From Candidatus Eiseniibacteriota bacterium (GTDB taxonomy: Bacteria; Eisenbacteria; RBG-16-71-46): a stretch of DNA of 64,000 nt. The DNA lies in assembly GCA_038231135.1 (NCBI GenBank), contig JBBRLX010000007.1, positions 74,812 through 138,811 on the forward strand, written 5' to 3'. A program made the translations under genes and the position numbers. Below are positions 29,239-39,800 of the stretch, piece by piece. Each line of letters begins with the position of its first letter. The stretch's first letter is position 1. Under the pieces are notes generated by a model. That model ran no database searches. It worked only from the letters and a program-made list of their open reading frames with translations, and was not told where the DNA came from.

Positions 29239-30722
29239 GCGAACTCCGTCTCGTGGTCGCGGCCGAGCCGCGTGAGGTCGCCGCGCACCTCGAGCGCGCG
29301 GCCGGCGCGCAGCAGCACCGGCTCCGAGTCCATGGGCCCGAGCAGCTGCACCGCGCGCGGCAGGCCGTTCGCCGCCGGATCGAGCGGCACCGACAGGCCC
29401 GGGATGCCGGCGAGGTTCGCGCCGATGGTGAACACGTCGCTCAGGTACATCGCGAGCGGATCGGCGGTCTTCTCGCCGAGCCGGAACGGCAGCGTCGGCG
29501 ACGCCGGCATCAGCATCAGGTCGCAGCGGCCGAACGCCTCGTCGTATTCGTGGCGGATGCGCGTGCGGGCGCGCTGCGCGGTGAGGTAGTAGGCGTCGTA
29601 GTAGCCCGCCGACAGCGCGTAGGTGCCGAGCAGGATCCGCCGCTGCACCTCGGGGCCGAAGCCCGCGCTGCGCGTGCGCGTGTAGAGCGCGAGCACGTCG
29701 GGCGCATCGGCATGCCGGAACCCGTAGCGCACGCCGTCGAACCGGGCGAGGTTCGAGCTGGCCTCCGCGGTGGCCACCAGATAGTACGTGGCGACGGCGT
29801 ACTCGCCCGGCAGGAACTCGAGCGGCACCCGCACCCCGCCCGCGCGCTCCAGCGCGGCCGCCGCCTGATCGAGTCCTGCCACCACTTCGGGGTCGCAGCC
29901 GGCCTGCCACAGATTGGCGGGCCAGCCGAACCGGAGCCCGCGCACGCCCTGGTCCCAGCCGCCGACGTCGGGAGCCGGCGACCGCCGCGTCGTGGCGTCG
30001 AACGGATCGGGCCCGGCGAGGGCGGCATAGGTGAGCGCGACGTCGCCGGCGTGGCGCGCGAAGATGCCGACCTGGTCGAGCGACGAGCCGAACGCCACGA
30101 GTCCGTAGCGCGACAGCCGCCCGTAGGTCGGCTTGAGGCCGAACACGCCGCAGAACGCCGCCGGCTGGCGCACCGAGCCGCCGGTGTCCGATCCGAGCCC
30201 GATCGGCGCGAGGCCGTACGCCACGCCCGCCGCGGGTCCGCCGCTCGAGCCGCCGGGCACGCGCGTCAGGTCGAACGGGTTCCGGGTCGGGCCGTAGCAG
30301 CTGAATTCCGTGGACGAGCCCATCGCGAACTCGTCCATGTTCGCCTTGCCCGTGACCACGGCGCCCGCCGCGCGCAGCCGGGTGATCACGGTGGCGTCAT
30401 AGGGCGAGCGCCACCCCGCGAGGATCCGCGACCCGCACGTGGTGGGATAGTCGGTCGTGCACAGGTTGTCCTTGACGAGCACCGGCACGCCGGCCAGTGG
30501 TCCGTTCGGGACCGCGCGCGCCGCGGCCGCCGCGCCCGCGCGGCGCGCCGCGGGATCGGCGTGCACCACCGCGTGCACGTCCGCCTCCCACGCGGCCGCC
30601 GGCTCCTGCCACCCCGCTTCGACCGCGGCGGCGGGGCTCGTCCCCGCGCGCACCCGCGCCGCGAGCGCTGCGGCCGACAGCCGCCACAGCGGCACGCCAT
30701 TGCCGGAGTCCGTTCGCGTCAT
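29220..30722 (-). CDS. gatA: Asp/Glu-tRNA amidotransferase subunit A
   Basis: KDN, NMDEFAMGSS, PGGSSGG, GSDTGGSVRQPA, EASSNLARFDG, RRILLGT. Confidence 0.97.
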   Translation of the reverse strand: MTRTDSGNGVPLWRLSAAALAARVRAGTSPAAAVEAGWQEPAAAWEADVHAVVHADPAARRAGAAAAARAVPNGPLAGVPVLVKDNLCTTDYPTTCGSRILAGWRSPYDATVITRLRAAGAVVTGKANMDEFAMGSSTEFSCYGPTRNPFDLTRVPGGSSGGPAAGVAYGLAPIGLGSDTGGSVRQPAAFCGVFGLKPTYGRLSRYGLVAFGSSLDQVGIFARHAGDVALTYAALAGPDPFDATTRRSPAPDVGGWDQGVRGLRFGWPANLWQAGCDPEVVAGLDQAAAALERAGGVRVPLEFLPGEYAVATYYLVATAEASSNLARFDGVRYGFRHADAPDVLALYTRTRSAGFGPEVQRRILLGTYALSAGYYDAYYLTAQRARTRIRHEYDEAFGRCDLMLMPASPTLPFRLGEKTADPLAMYLSDVFTIGANLAGIPGLSVPLDPAANGLPRAVQLLGPMDSEPVLLRAGRALEVRGDLTRLGRDHETEFAWPTKR

Positions 30723-31012
30723 GGAGTCACGTTCTCGACGATCGGCGGCACGAGGAAGAACGGCCCGTCGGTCTCGGGCGCCCCCGCCAGCGCGGCGTCG
30801 GCGCCAAGCACCCGGCCGTCGGGAGCGTCGTCGCGCAGCGGCGCGTCGGCCGGCGCGAACACCATCGGATCGCAGCCCGTGAGATCCAGCCGCTCGAGCG
30901 CCGCCACGAACTCGAGCACGCTCGACAGCTCCGCCGCCATGCGTGCGATGCCCGCCTCCGGCAGCTCGAGCCGGGCGAGCGTGGCGATGCGACGCACTTC
31001 GTCACGATCCAA
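30719..31012 (-). CDS. gatC: Asp/Glu-tRNA amidotransferase subunit C
   Basis: EVRRIATLARLEL, LRDD, AP...FFLVPPI; directly upstream of gatA. Confidence 0.93.
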   Translation of the reverse strand: MDRDEVRRIATLARLELPEAGIARMAAELSSVLEFVAALERLDLTGCDPMVFAPADAPLRDDAPDGRVLGADAALAGAPETDGPFFLVPPIVENVTP

Positions 31013-33281
31013 GCACGGCCTCCCCGGTCAGGAACCGGCCCAGCACCTTCTTCACGCGGGTGCCGAACCGCACGGTGTACTTGATCTCACCGCCGGCCTC
31101 CTCGGCCGCCACCACCACCCCGTCGCCGAACTGCTCGTGGCGCACACGCTGGCCGACGCGCCGGTCGGCCCGCGCGGCGGCCGACACGCGCAACGGCGTG
31201 CCCGGTGTGATCGTGTCGAGATCGTCGTACTCCCCCGCCTCGGCCGGCGCCGCGTCCTCGTCCCAGCGGCTCTTGTTCTCGCCCCAGCGCTCGCGCATAT
31301 TCGGGCTCCAGCCGGGCCGCGTCTGGGCGGCATGGCGGGCCGCCGCCGACGGCCGCGGCGCGTCGAACCGCCGCCGGTCCTCGCGCACCAGCAGCGCTGC
31401 GGGGATTTCGTCCACGAATCGCGACACCTGGCCGCCGCGCGCGCCGTCGAACCGGCGGCGGAACGCCGCGGCCGTCAGCAACAGCTCGTCCTGCGCGCGC
31501 GTGAGCGCCACGTAGAACAGCCGGCGCTCCTCCTCGAGCTGGTCCGCGCGCTCGAGCGACGAGGCATGAGGCATCAGTCCCTCCTCGAGGCCGATGATCA
31601 CGACCGCCGGGAACTCGAGACCCTTCGCGTTATGGCCGGTCAGCAGCAGCACGCGGTCGCCGTTCTCGCCCGCGCGATCGGCGTCGGTGACGAGCGCCGC
31701 CTCGGCGAGGAATCCCGGCACCGTGGCGCCGGCTACGCCCGTGAACGTGCCGGCCGCCACCAGCAGCTCCTCGACGTTCGCCCGGCGTTCGGCCGCGTCC
31801 TCGCCGTCCCCCAGCGAATCGAGATAGCGGGTGTGCTCGAGCACTCGCGCCAGCACCCGGTCGACCGGGGCGTCGAGCAGCGTGCCCAGTTCGTCGAGCA
31901 GCTGGAGCAGCTCGGTCGCGCCCCGCCGCGCCGCGGGGGCGATGCCCTGCTCCGCCACCAGCGCCCGCAACGCGGACGGCGCGGGCGCGCCGTTCGCCAG
32001 GACCCGCTGCTCGACCGCCGCGCGCACCACGCTGCCGAGCCCGCGGCGCGGCGTGTTCCAGATCCGCCAGAACGCCGCGGCATCGGCGGGATTCGCCGCC
32101 ACCCTCAGGTAGGCGATCAGGTCCTTCACCTCGCGCCGCTGGTAGAACGACACGCCGCCCACGAGTTCGTACGGGATCAGCGAGTGGCGCAGCTCGGTCT
32201 CGAGCGCCCGCGACTGCGCGTTCGTGCGGTACAGCACCGCGCAATCCGCGAGTTTCCCGCCGCGCGCCACGCGCGCGACCAGGAACTCGCGCACCCGGCG
32301 CGCCTCGTCCACCTCGTCCGCCGCCAGCACGAACCGCAGCGGCACGCCGGGGCCGCGCTCGCTCCACAGCGTCTTGCCCTTGCGCGCGCGGTTGTTCGAG
32401 ATCACGGCGTTCGCCGCGTCGAGGATGCTCGTCGTCGAACGGTAGTTCTGCTCCAGCCGCACCACGGCGGCGCCGGCGAACGTGGTCTCGAAGTCGAGCA
32501 CGTTCCTCAGATCCGCGCCGCGCCAGCCGTAGATCGACTGGTCGTCGTCGCCGACCACGAACACCGTGCCGCGATCGCCCACCAGCGCCTGGATCATGCG
32601 GAACTGGGCGTGGTTCGTGTCCTGGTATTCGTCGACCAGCACGTGCGAGAACCGCGCGCGGTAACGGTCCCCCACGTCGGGATGGGTGCGGAACAACTCG
32701 ACGGTGCGGGCGATCAGGTCGTCGAAGTCGAACGCGCCGCAGCGGCGCAGCTCCTGGTCGTACAGCGTGTAGGCTTCCGCGGTGCGGCGATCCTGCGGCG
32801 AGAACGCCGTGCGCGCGAAGTCCTCGGGACCCACGAGCGAGTTCTTCGCGTCGCTGATCGCCGCCAGCACCGCTCCCGCCCGCCAGGTGCCGTCGGGCCA
32901 GCCGAGCCGCCGGGCGATATCCTTGATCAGCGACTCCTGGTCCTCACGATCGTAGATCGCGAACGCCGCCGGCACGCCGAGCACGCGCGCCTCGCGCCGC
33001 AGGATGCGCACCGCCGTGGCATGGAACGTCCCGACCCACAGCTCCCTGGACACGTCGCCGACGAGGCTCGCGATCCGGGCGCGCATCTCGCGCGCCGCGC
33101 GGTTCGTGAACGTGAACGCCAGGATCGCCGATGGCGCCACGCCGCGATCCAGCAGCCACGCCACGCGCGCCGTGAGCACGCGGGTCTTACCGCTCCCCGC
33201 CCCCGCGATCACGAGCACCGCCCGCGCCTCGTGCTCGACCGCCGCACGCTGGGCGCTGTTGAGACTGTCCAAAAGCTGCAA
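31002..33281 (-). CDS. pcrA: UvrD/PcrA superfamily 1 DNA helicase
   Basis: AGAGSGKT, FTNRAA, VDEYQD, VGDDDQSIY, LEQNYRS, KGLEF, EERRLFYVALTRA, C-terminal Tudor-like RVRH..FG.G; ORF extends to 33326 but TTG at 33281 fits better. Confidence 0.95.
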   Translation of the reverse strand: MQLLDSLNSAQRAAVEHEARAVLVIAGAGSGKTRVLTARVAWLLDRGVAPSAILAFTFTNRAAREMRARIASLVGDVSRELWVGTFHATAVRILRREARVLGVPAAFAIYDREDQESLIKDIARRLGWPDGTWRAGAVLAAISDAKNSLVGPEDFARTAFSPQDRRTAEAYTLYDQELRRCGAFDFDDLIARTVELFRTHPDVGDRYRARFSHVLVDEYQDTNHAQFRMIQALVGDRGTVFVVGDDDQSIYGWRGADLRNVLDFETTFAGAAVVRLEQNYRSTTSILDAANAVISNNRARKGKTLWSERGPGVPLRFVLAADEVDEARRVREFLVARVARGGKLADCAVLYRTNAQSRALETELRHSLIPYELVGGVSFYQRREVKDLIAYLRVAANPADAAAFWRIWNTPRRGLGSVVRAAVEQRVLANGAPAPSALRALVAEQGIAPAARRGATELLQLLDELGTLLDAPVDRVLARVLEHTRYLDSLGDGEDAAERRANVEELLVAAGTFTGVAGATVPGFLAEAALVTDADRAGENGDRVLLLTGHNAKGLEFPAVVIIGLEEGLMPHASSLERADQLEEERRLFYVALTRAQDELLLTAAAFRRRFDGARGGQVSRFVDEIPAALLVREDRRRFDAPRPSAAARHAAQTRPGWSPNMRERWGENKSRWDEDAAPAEAGEYDDLDTITPGTPLRVSAAARADRRVGQRVRHEQFGDGVVVAAEEAGGEIKYTVRFGTRVKKVLGRFLTGEAVLGS

Positions 33282-33408
33282 GGGTACCTCGGGTAGTCGC
33301 AGGGGTTCCAAAGGGTTCCCCTGCAATCTAGCGGAATCCCGGGGTTACTTCCATGCAGTGGAGCTCACCGCGTCGCGGGTCCCGGAGCTTTCGGCCGCAG
33401 GTCCCTTT

Positions 33409-33528
33409 AGGCCGCTGAAAACGGTCGAGTGCAAGGCGGCAAGGAGCGACGAGCGCAGGCGTATCGTCAGACACTCCGGGGCGAGGAGCGACGCAGCCGC
33501 CGCAGCAATCGACGATTCTCAGCAGCCT
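33409..33528. mobile_element. 120-bp MITE-like element with imperfect 20-bp terminal inverted repeats
   Basis: aggccgctgaaaacggtcga vs reverse complement of tcgacgattctcagcagcct (16/20); intergenic; partial second copy at 22015. Confidence 0.7.
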
Positions 33529-33531
33529 GCG

Positions 33532-36500
33532 CTAGAACTCCGGACCTACGGACACGTGCCAGCGGGGGCGGCTGGTGCCGGCCAGGTTGGTGTTCCACCC
33601 CGCGTCGACCTTGAGGATCAGGAAGTAGAGCGCCGTGCGGATGCCGGCGCCGAAGCCGAGCTTCAGGTCGTCGAGACGGCGGCGGCCGTCCTCCACGCTC
33701 GACAGCCGCACGCGGTCGGCGGCGTCCCACACGAATCCCGCGTCCGAGAACAGCGCGCCGCGGAGGTTGAACACTCCGACCGGGATCGGTCCCAGGATGC
33801 CGAGCTGCTCGATGAACGGGAATCGCAGTTCGGCATTGACGATCGCCACGCGCGAACCGAGCAGGTCGAAATCGGGATAGCCGCGCAGCGTCGAATACCC
33901 GCCGACCCGGAACGTCTGCCGGTCGGGGCCGTCGCTGCGGCCGGTGAGTACGCGGGTGGCGAACGTATAACCCCGCGTGAGGTCCCAGTAGCGCCGCGCG
34001 TCGAACGTGACGGTCTGGTACTGCAGCGCGTCGTGGAGCACCGCGAACGCCGGCGCGTAGGTCAGGTTCCAGCGCTGACCGTTCACGGGGCCGTAGTAGC
34101 CGAACAGCGCATTGTCGCCGATCAGCGACAGCGACGGCGACGTGACGGCGCGGTACTGCCGGGTGGACTTGAAGAAGTTCCCGGCGTCGTCCTCGGCGAA
34201 GAACTGCCGGTCGACGAACATCTGGGTGAGGTTGAGCTCCGCGCGCCGGAACCGGTCGAACGGATACGACGCCGTGACGAGGCCGCCGAACGTTCGCTCC
34301 GAGAACAGCCGCGTGCCGTCGAGCTGTTCGCCGAGCGTCGTCACCTGCGACGAGAAGTAGTCCTTGAAATGGAACAGCCCGGCGCCGAAGTCGACCCGCC
34401 GCTTGAGATAACTGTAGACCACGAGCGCGTTCGTCTCGCTGATCGAGCTCGAGAACAGGTCGGTCGCGACGTACAGGCTGTGGTCGCCGAGGAAGTCGCT
34501 GAACGCGAACTGGGTGCTGCCGACGAAGCCGAACCCGCTGCCGGCGTAGAACCCGCCCCCGGCGTAGTCCGGCGCCAGCCGCACGTGGTAGCGCGACGGT
34601 CGCTGCGCCAGCACCGAGTCCGGCAGCGCAAACGGGCCGCCGTGCTCGACGAGCGCGATGCGCGGCACGATCGCGGCCACGGTGTCCATCGGCACCGGCA
34701 GCCGGGTCTCGCCGGCGAACCGGTCGTCGATGGCGCCCCGGCCGGAGCGCCTGGTCCCGGCGGGCGGCCCGAGCCCGCCGGTCGCGGGGAACGCGAGCGT
34801 CGAATCCTCGTGCGTCACGGTCACGCTGTCGGGCAGCGTGCGCGCGAGCGCCGCCACTCGCGGCGGCGGCGCGGCCGAGTCGGCGGGCGCGCTCCGCGCG
34901 GTCGCCGAATCGAGCACCGCTCCCGGCGAGCGCCGGCGCAGCCGCTCGAACACCGCGTCGAGCGACAGCGGCTCCCTGACCGCGAACACGTCGAACCCGC
35001 CGCGGTTGAACGCCGCGAACACCAGCCGGTCGTTCTGCCGCGACCACGACAGGCTCTGCACGCCGCCGAGCACGTCGGTGAGCTGCACGTACGAGCGCTC
35101 GGCGACGTCGTACAGATAGACATTGGACGTGCCGTCACGGTCGCTGATGAACGCGAGCCGCCGGCCGTCGGGAGACCACGCGGGCGCGTGGTCGTTGCCG
35201 GAGGTGTCGAGCGTGCGGGTGATCGCGCCCGATGCCAGATCCAGGCTGTAGAGCGCGTAGCTGCCGAAGCCGCCCGCGCGGGCCGCCGGTTCGAGCACGA
35301 CGGGCGCGAGCCGGTCGGAGGCGAACGTCAGCGTGCGGCCGTCGGGCGTCCACGCCGGCTCCTTCTCGTCCCAGGTGTCGTTCGTGAGCCGCGTGGCCGC
35401 ACCCGTCGCGGCGTCCACCAGCCACAGGTCCGACCGGCCGTCCTTCACCCCGGCCACCGCGATCGAGTCGCCGTGCGGCGCCCACGCCGGGTAGTACAAC
35501 GCCTCGCACGGGAGCTGGATGCGCTTGAGCGTGCTGCCGTTGCGCGCCGACACCACGTACAGCACGTCGCTGCCGCCGCTCTTCGCGGTGAGCGCGAGCC
35601 TCGAGCCATCGGGCGACCAGGTGATCGAGCTGCGGTACGACGGGATCGCCTCGTACTGGTAGTTGCGCTCGCCGCGGATCACGCGGTGCAGCACCTTGCC
35701 GTCGAACGCGGACATCACGTAGATGTCGGTGTACTGGCGGCGGTCCGAGAACCACGCGATGCGGTCGCCCTGCGGCGAGATCGCCGGCGCGGTGTTGAGC
35801 GTGCTCTGATCACGCCGGTGATCGGTGAGCCGCCGAGCGAACTCCTCGGGCGACTGCTTGTGCGCCACGGTCGGCCAGTAGCGCTTGCGCAGCCAGTTGC
35901 GCCACTGTTCGTCGAACTTCGGCACCGACAGTCCGACGCTGGCCTGGAACGCGCGCTCGAAGCCGTGGTTCTGCCGGATGCGCTTGAGGATATCGCGCAG
36001 CCGGTCCTCCCCGTAGCGCTCGACGAGATAGCCGAGCGCCGACTGCCCCTGCTTGTAGACGATGTAGCCGCCCGAGTACATGAGCGGCGGCAGGTAGCCC
36101 TCGATGATGCCGTCGCGCAGGAACATCTCGGCGTTCGGTTCCATGCCGAGCGACAGGTACTCCGCCATGCCCTCGGCGAACCACAGCGGCACCGAATAGA
36201 AGCTCTGCCGCGCGATCAGCGCCGCCGCCGACCCGCCGTACAGCATGTCGAACATGATGGCATGCGTGAGTTCGTGCACCACCACGTGGCGCAGGTCCTC
36301 GTAGGAGCCGGTGAACGGCAGCACCACCCGGTTGCGCAGCACCTCGGTGAACCCGCCGGTGCCGGCGTCGATCAGCTCGGGCGTGACGTTGGTCTGGGAG
36401 AACTCGTTGTGGGAGCCATACAGAATGATGGGGACGCGGCGCGACAGCACATGGCCCATGCGCACCGACAGCACGGCGTGCGTCTTCTCGGCAAGGTCGA

Positions 36501-36690
36501 GCACCCGCATCGCGAGCGAGTCCTCGCCGGCGTAGAAATACACGTCGAAGTGGTCGGATTCGATCGAGCGCCAGTCGTGGACGCTGTACTGGACCTTGTT
36601 CTGGCCGAAGTACTGGGCGTGAGCGGTCCCGGCGGGAACGAGGGCGAGCAGCGCGAGCAGTGCGCCCACGGCAATGTGCAGACGATGCAA
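33532..36690 (-). CDS. Omp85-family outer membrane protein with N-terminal zinc-peptidase-like domain and PD40/TolB beta-propeller
   Basis: Signal peptide, QYFGQNKVQY, HELTH..WFAEGMAEY, multiple WSPDG repeats, LRGY barrel motif, terminal F; TTG start at 36690. Confidence 0.88.
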   Translation of the reverse strand: MHRLHIAVGALLALLALVPAGTAHAQYFGQNKVQYSVHDWRSIESDHFDVYFYAGEDSLAMRVLDLAEKTHAVLSVRMGHVLSRRVPIILYGSHNEFSQTNVTPELIDAGTGGFTEVLRNRVVLPFTGSYEDLRHVVVHELTHAIMFDMLYGGSAAALIARQSFYSVPLWFAEGMAEYLSLGMEPNAEMFLRDGIIEGYLPPLMYSGGYIVYKQGQSALGYLVERYGEDRLRDILKRIRQNHGFERAFQASVGLSVPKFDEQWRNWLRKRYWPTVAHKQSPEEFARRLTDHRRDQSTLNTAPAISPQGDRIAWFSDRRQYTDIYVMSAFDGKVLHRVIRGERNYQYEAIPSYRSSITWSPDGSRLALTAKSGGSDVLYVVSARNGSTLKRIQLPCEALYYPAWAPHGDSIAVAGVKDGRSDLWLVDAATGAATRLTNDTWDEKEPAWTPDGRTLTFASDRLAPVVLEPAARAGGFGSYALYSLDLASGAITRTLDTSGNDHAPAWSPDGRRLAFISDRDGTSNVYLYDVAERSYVQLTDVLGGVQSLSWSRQNDRLVFAAFNRGGFDVFAVREPLSLDAVFERLRRRSPGAVLDSATARSAPADSAAPPPRVAALARTLPDSVTVTHEDSTLAFPATGGLGPPAGTRRSGRGAIDDRFAGETRLPVPMDTVAAIVPRIALVEHGGPFALPDSVLAQRPSRYHVRLAPDYAGGGFYAGSGFGFVGSTQFAFSDFLGDHSLYVATDLFSSSISETNALVVYSYLKRRVDFGAGLFHFKDYFSSQVTTLGEQLDGTRLFSERTFGGLVTASYPFDRFRRAELNLTQMFVDRQFFAEDDAGNFFKSTRQYRAVTSPSLSLIGDNALFGYYGPVNGQRWNLTYAPAFAVLHDALQYQTVTFDARRYWDLTRGYTFATRVLTGRSDGPDRQTFRVGGYSTLRGYPDFDLLGSRVAIVNAELRFPFIEQLGILGPIPVGVFNLRGALFSDAGFVWDAADRVRLSSVEDGRRRLDDLKLGFGAGIRTALYFLILKVDAGWNTNLAGTSRPRWHVSVGPEF

Positions 36691-36853
36691 GAACTCACCC
36701 CTCTTGAGCCCCGGATTCGGGTTCGCCCGGCCGAAGCGCCCACACGATGATACCCCGGAACCGTCCCGGATTCCCAAACCTGCATCGGCAGTTCCGCCGG
36801 CCCCCGTGAGGTCATGAATTGCCCCGGCCGGCACTCCTAACCGGCCTGCCGCC

Positions 36854-39800
36854 TCAGTATTCCCACCGAGCCTTGAGGTTCACGTTGAAGTCCGGCGGCG
36901 ACGTGCTGGAGACGTTGGCGGTGCCGGGCCGGTGCTGGGTGATCTCGGTGGTCAGATAGATGAACCGGCTCAGCCGGTACTCGGCCTCGAGATCGCGCTC
37001 GAGGAACGTCGAGGTGCCGGGCCCGGTCGGGGTCCGCTCGAGCCCCGGCAGGTGCTGCCGGTAGCGCAGCGCGATCTGGGGGGAGACCTGGGTGCCGGCG
37101 GTGAGGATCACGCCGCCCTCCCCGCCGAACAGCCCGCCCCGGTCGCGGTCGATCTGCCACTCGTTGATGTAGCCGCGGAACGCGCGCGACATCTCCGACG
37201 AGAACGTGCGGTTGATCGCGCGCGTGATGTAGTTGTCGAGCGGGTCGCCGAGCGGCACGCCGGCGGCGCCGGCGGTGAGCCGGCTGAGCGTCAGGTTCTG
37301 GAGGATCTCCGCCTGCCCCCAGGCCGCCTCGTCGCTGCTGAGCACGATCTTGGGCTCGTTCGCGCGGCCGGTGATGTGCACCGTCACCTGCGACTGATGG
37401 GTCTGGCCGTTCTCGTACACCGGCACCTGGGTCACCGCCGTCGCGTCCAGCGTCGGGTTCACGCCGGACACGTTGTCGAACGTCAGGTCAACGTTCTGCA
37501 CGTCGAACCGGTTGCTGAGGAAGTAGTACTTGCCGCGCAGCGCGTGCATCTCGCCGTAGAGCACCAGCGCCTCGGGCCGCTGCTCGACGTCGAGATTCAG
37601 GTTGAACTCGATGTCGCCGTCGGGCGGCTGCCAGTGCACGTTGTTGTTCGCGGACAGGTGGACGTTGTAGGTCCAGAACAACGGTGCCGCGGTCTGCGCC
37701 ACCAGATCCTGCTCGCTGACGTTCGCGAAGTCGTACAGGATCACGGCGCGACGCAGCGTGGCGTTGCCGGTCACGTACGGCAGCCGCTGCCCGCGCACCA
37801 CCGGGCCGTCGGTGATCTGGAACGCGCCGTCGAACAGCGCGGCGTACAGACCCGGCTCCGTGGTCGCGATCTCGGTGACGCCGAGCTTGAACTGGTAGCC
37901 CTTGAGCCCGCCGTTCGCGAGCTCCACGGTTCCGCTCCCGGTGACGCGGCCGCGATCGCCCTGCCGCGCCGTCAGAGTGTCCACGGTGATCTTCGCTTCG
38001 TCGAGCCGAACGCTCGCGGTGACGTTCTGGAACAGCTCGTCACGGCCGGTCATGCGCACGACGCCGTCGCTCACCTTGAGCGTGCCGTCCAGGTCCGGGT
38101 GCCGCGGTGTGCCCGTCACGCTGGCCCGCAGCTCGAACTTCCCCGCGGCGGTGCCGATCTGCGGCACCACCAGCCGCGCCATCGACAGGTCGCCGTTCGG
38201 GATGTCGATGCGCCACGCCATCGGCGACTCCGGCACCTCGACCGGGCGCCCCATCGCGAGCACGAGCGGCATCGCGCCGGACGCCGTCGATTCGCGGCCG
38301 CCGCGCTGCATGTGCAGCTCCGGCACCGTGAGCTGCCCGGCGGCGTAGCGGGCATGACCGCGCACGTCCTCGATGTCGATCGCCTGCCACGTCAGCTTGC
38401 TCGCGTCGAATGTGGCGTCGAGCACCGGCCGCACCGGACTGCCCTCGATGCCGATCCGCCCGCTCACCGTGCCGCCCCAGTCGTGCGCGGCGGGCACCAG
38501 CTGCCGCAGCCGGTCGAGCGGCAGCGCGGCTCCGGTCAGCTCACCGTTCCAGTCCCCCGCGCCTTCGATCCAGCGCAGGACGCCGGCCGCGGTCAGCGTG
38601 TCGGGCCAGGCGTGCGCCAGATGGTCGAACGCCAGCGAACCCGTCACGCTGCCGGCGGCGATCCGGAACGCGCCGTTGCGCACCAGCACCGCCCCCGGCC
38701 GGCCTTCGAGCTCGAACCGCAGCGAGTCGGCGGCGTGACCATCCCAGCCGGGACGGGACACCGCCGCCGCCATGTTCCAGTGGGGATCGCCGGCGGCCCC
38801 GCGCACCTCGAGCGTGGCGTCGGCGGCCCCCGCCAGGTGGACCTCGGGGGGCATGCCGAGCCGCGACAGATCGAGCCGCTCGGCCCGCGCCTGCCAGTCA
38901 TAGCTGCCGCCCGGCACCGCCCAGCGGCCGGTGATGGTGACCGTGGCCAGGCTGTCACGCGCGACCAGGCGGTCGAACGTGACGCCGCGCGCGTCACCGG
39001 CGAGCGTCACCGGCGCCTCCGCCCGCCAGTCGAACTGCGAGCTGCGCAGCCGCGCGCGATCCAGCGCCAGCTGCCATGCGCCGGCGTTCCAGTTCGACCG
39101 CCCGGCCATCGTCACCAGCGTGTCGCCCGCGAACGCCGACAGATCCTCGAGCGCGATCGTCTGGTTGCCGAGCAGGAACGGCGTCGCGACGCTGTCGAAG
39201 TGGAGGCCGAGGAACGTGACGTTGCCGAGCCGCGCGCGGGCGGCGAGGTCGGGGGCGGGCAACAGCGCCCCCGACGCGTCGTCGAGCGCCCAGCGCGCCG
39301 CCTGCATCCCGAGCCAGCTCGTGCCGGTGCCGGTGAGGTTGCCGGTGACGAGCAGCGCCCCCGCCTTGCCCTCCACGGTGCCCTCGCCGTGGCCGAGCAT
39401 TCCCTTGATGCCGCTGGCGCGGCCGTCGGGCCACTCCTCGAGCGGCAGGTTGTCGACGCGGTAGCTGCCGGTCCAGCCCTGCTTCGTGGTCATGGCCCGC
39501 AGCAGCATCGTGCCGCCGCGCCGCACCACGTTTACGGCGAAGCTGTCGGGGGCCGCGTTCGGGAACTCGACGTTCACCGTGCCGCCGTCCACGCGCCAGC
39601 CCTGCAGCTCGGAGGTGGTCAGCGTCGCGACGAGATTCGCGGTCTGCGCATGGCTGTGGGTATCGACGGCGTAGCGGAACGTGCCGGCCACGACGCCCTT
39701 CGGCCAGCCGGTGATGCCGATCGCGCCCCAGCGGCTGGGATCGGCGGTCTCGACCGCGCCGCCGATGTTCCAGCCGGCCCTGGACCATTGGAGATCGCCC

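Noticed and set aside
26432..29910. Apparent long N-terminal extensions or fusions on purD, gatB, tsaC, cdsA, frr and others in the ORF track
   Set aside because: Open-frame run-through into upstream genes; real starts with RBS or stop/start overlaps lie downstream
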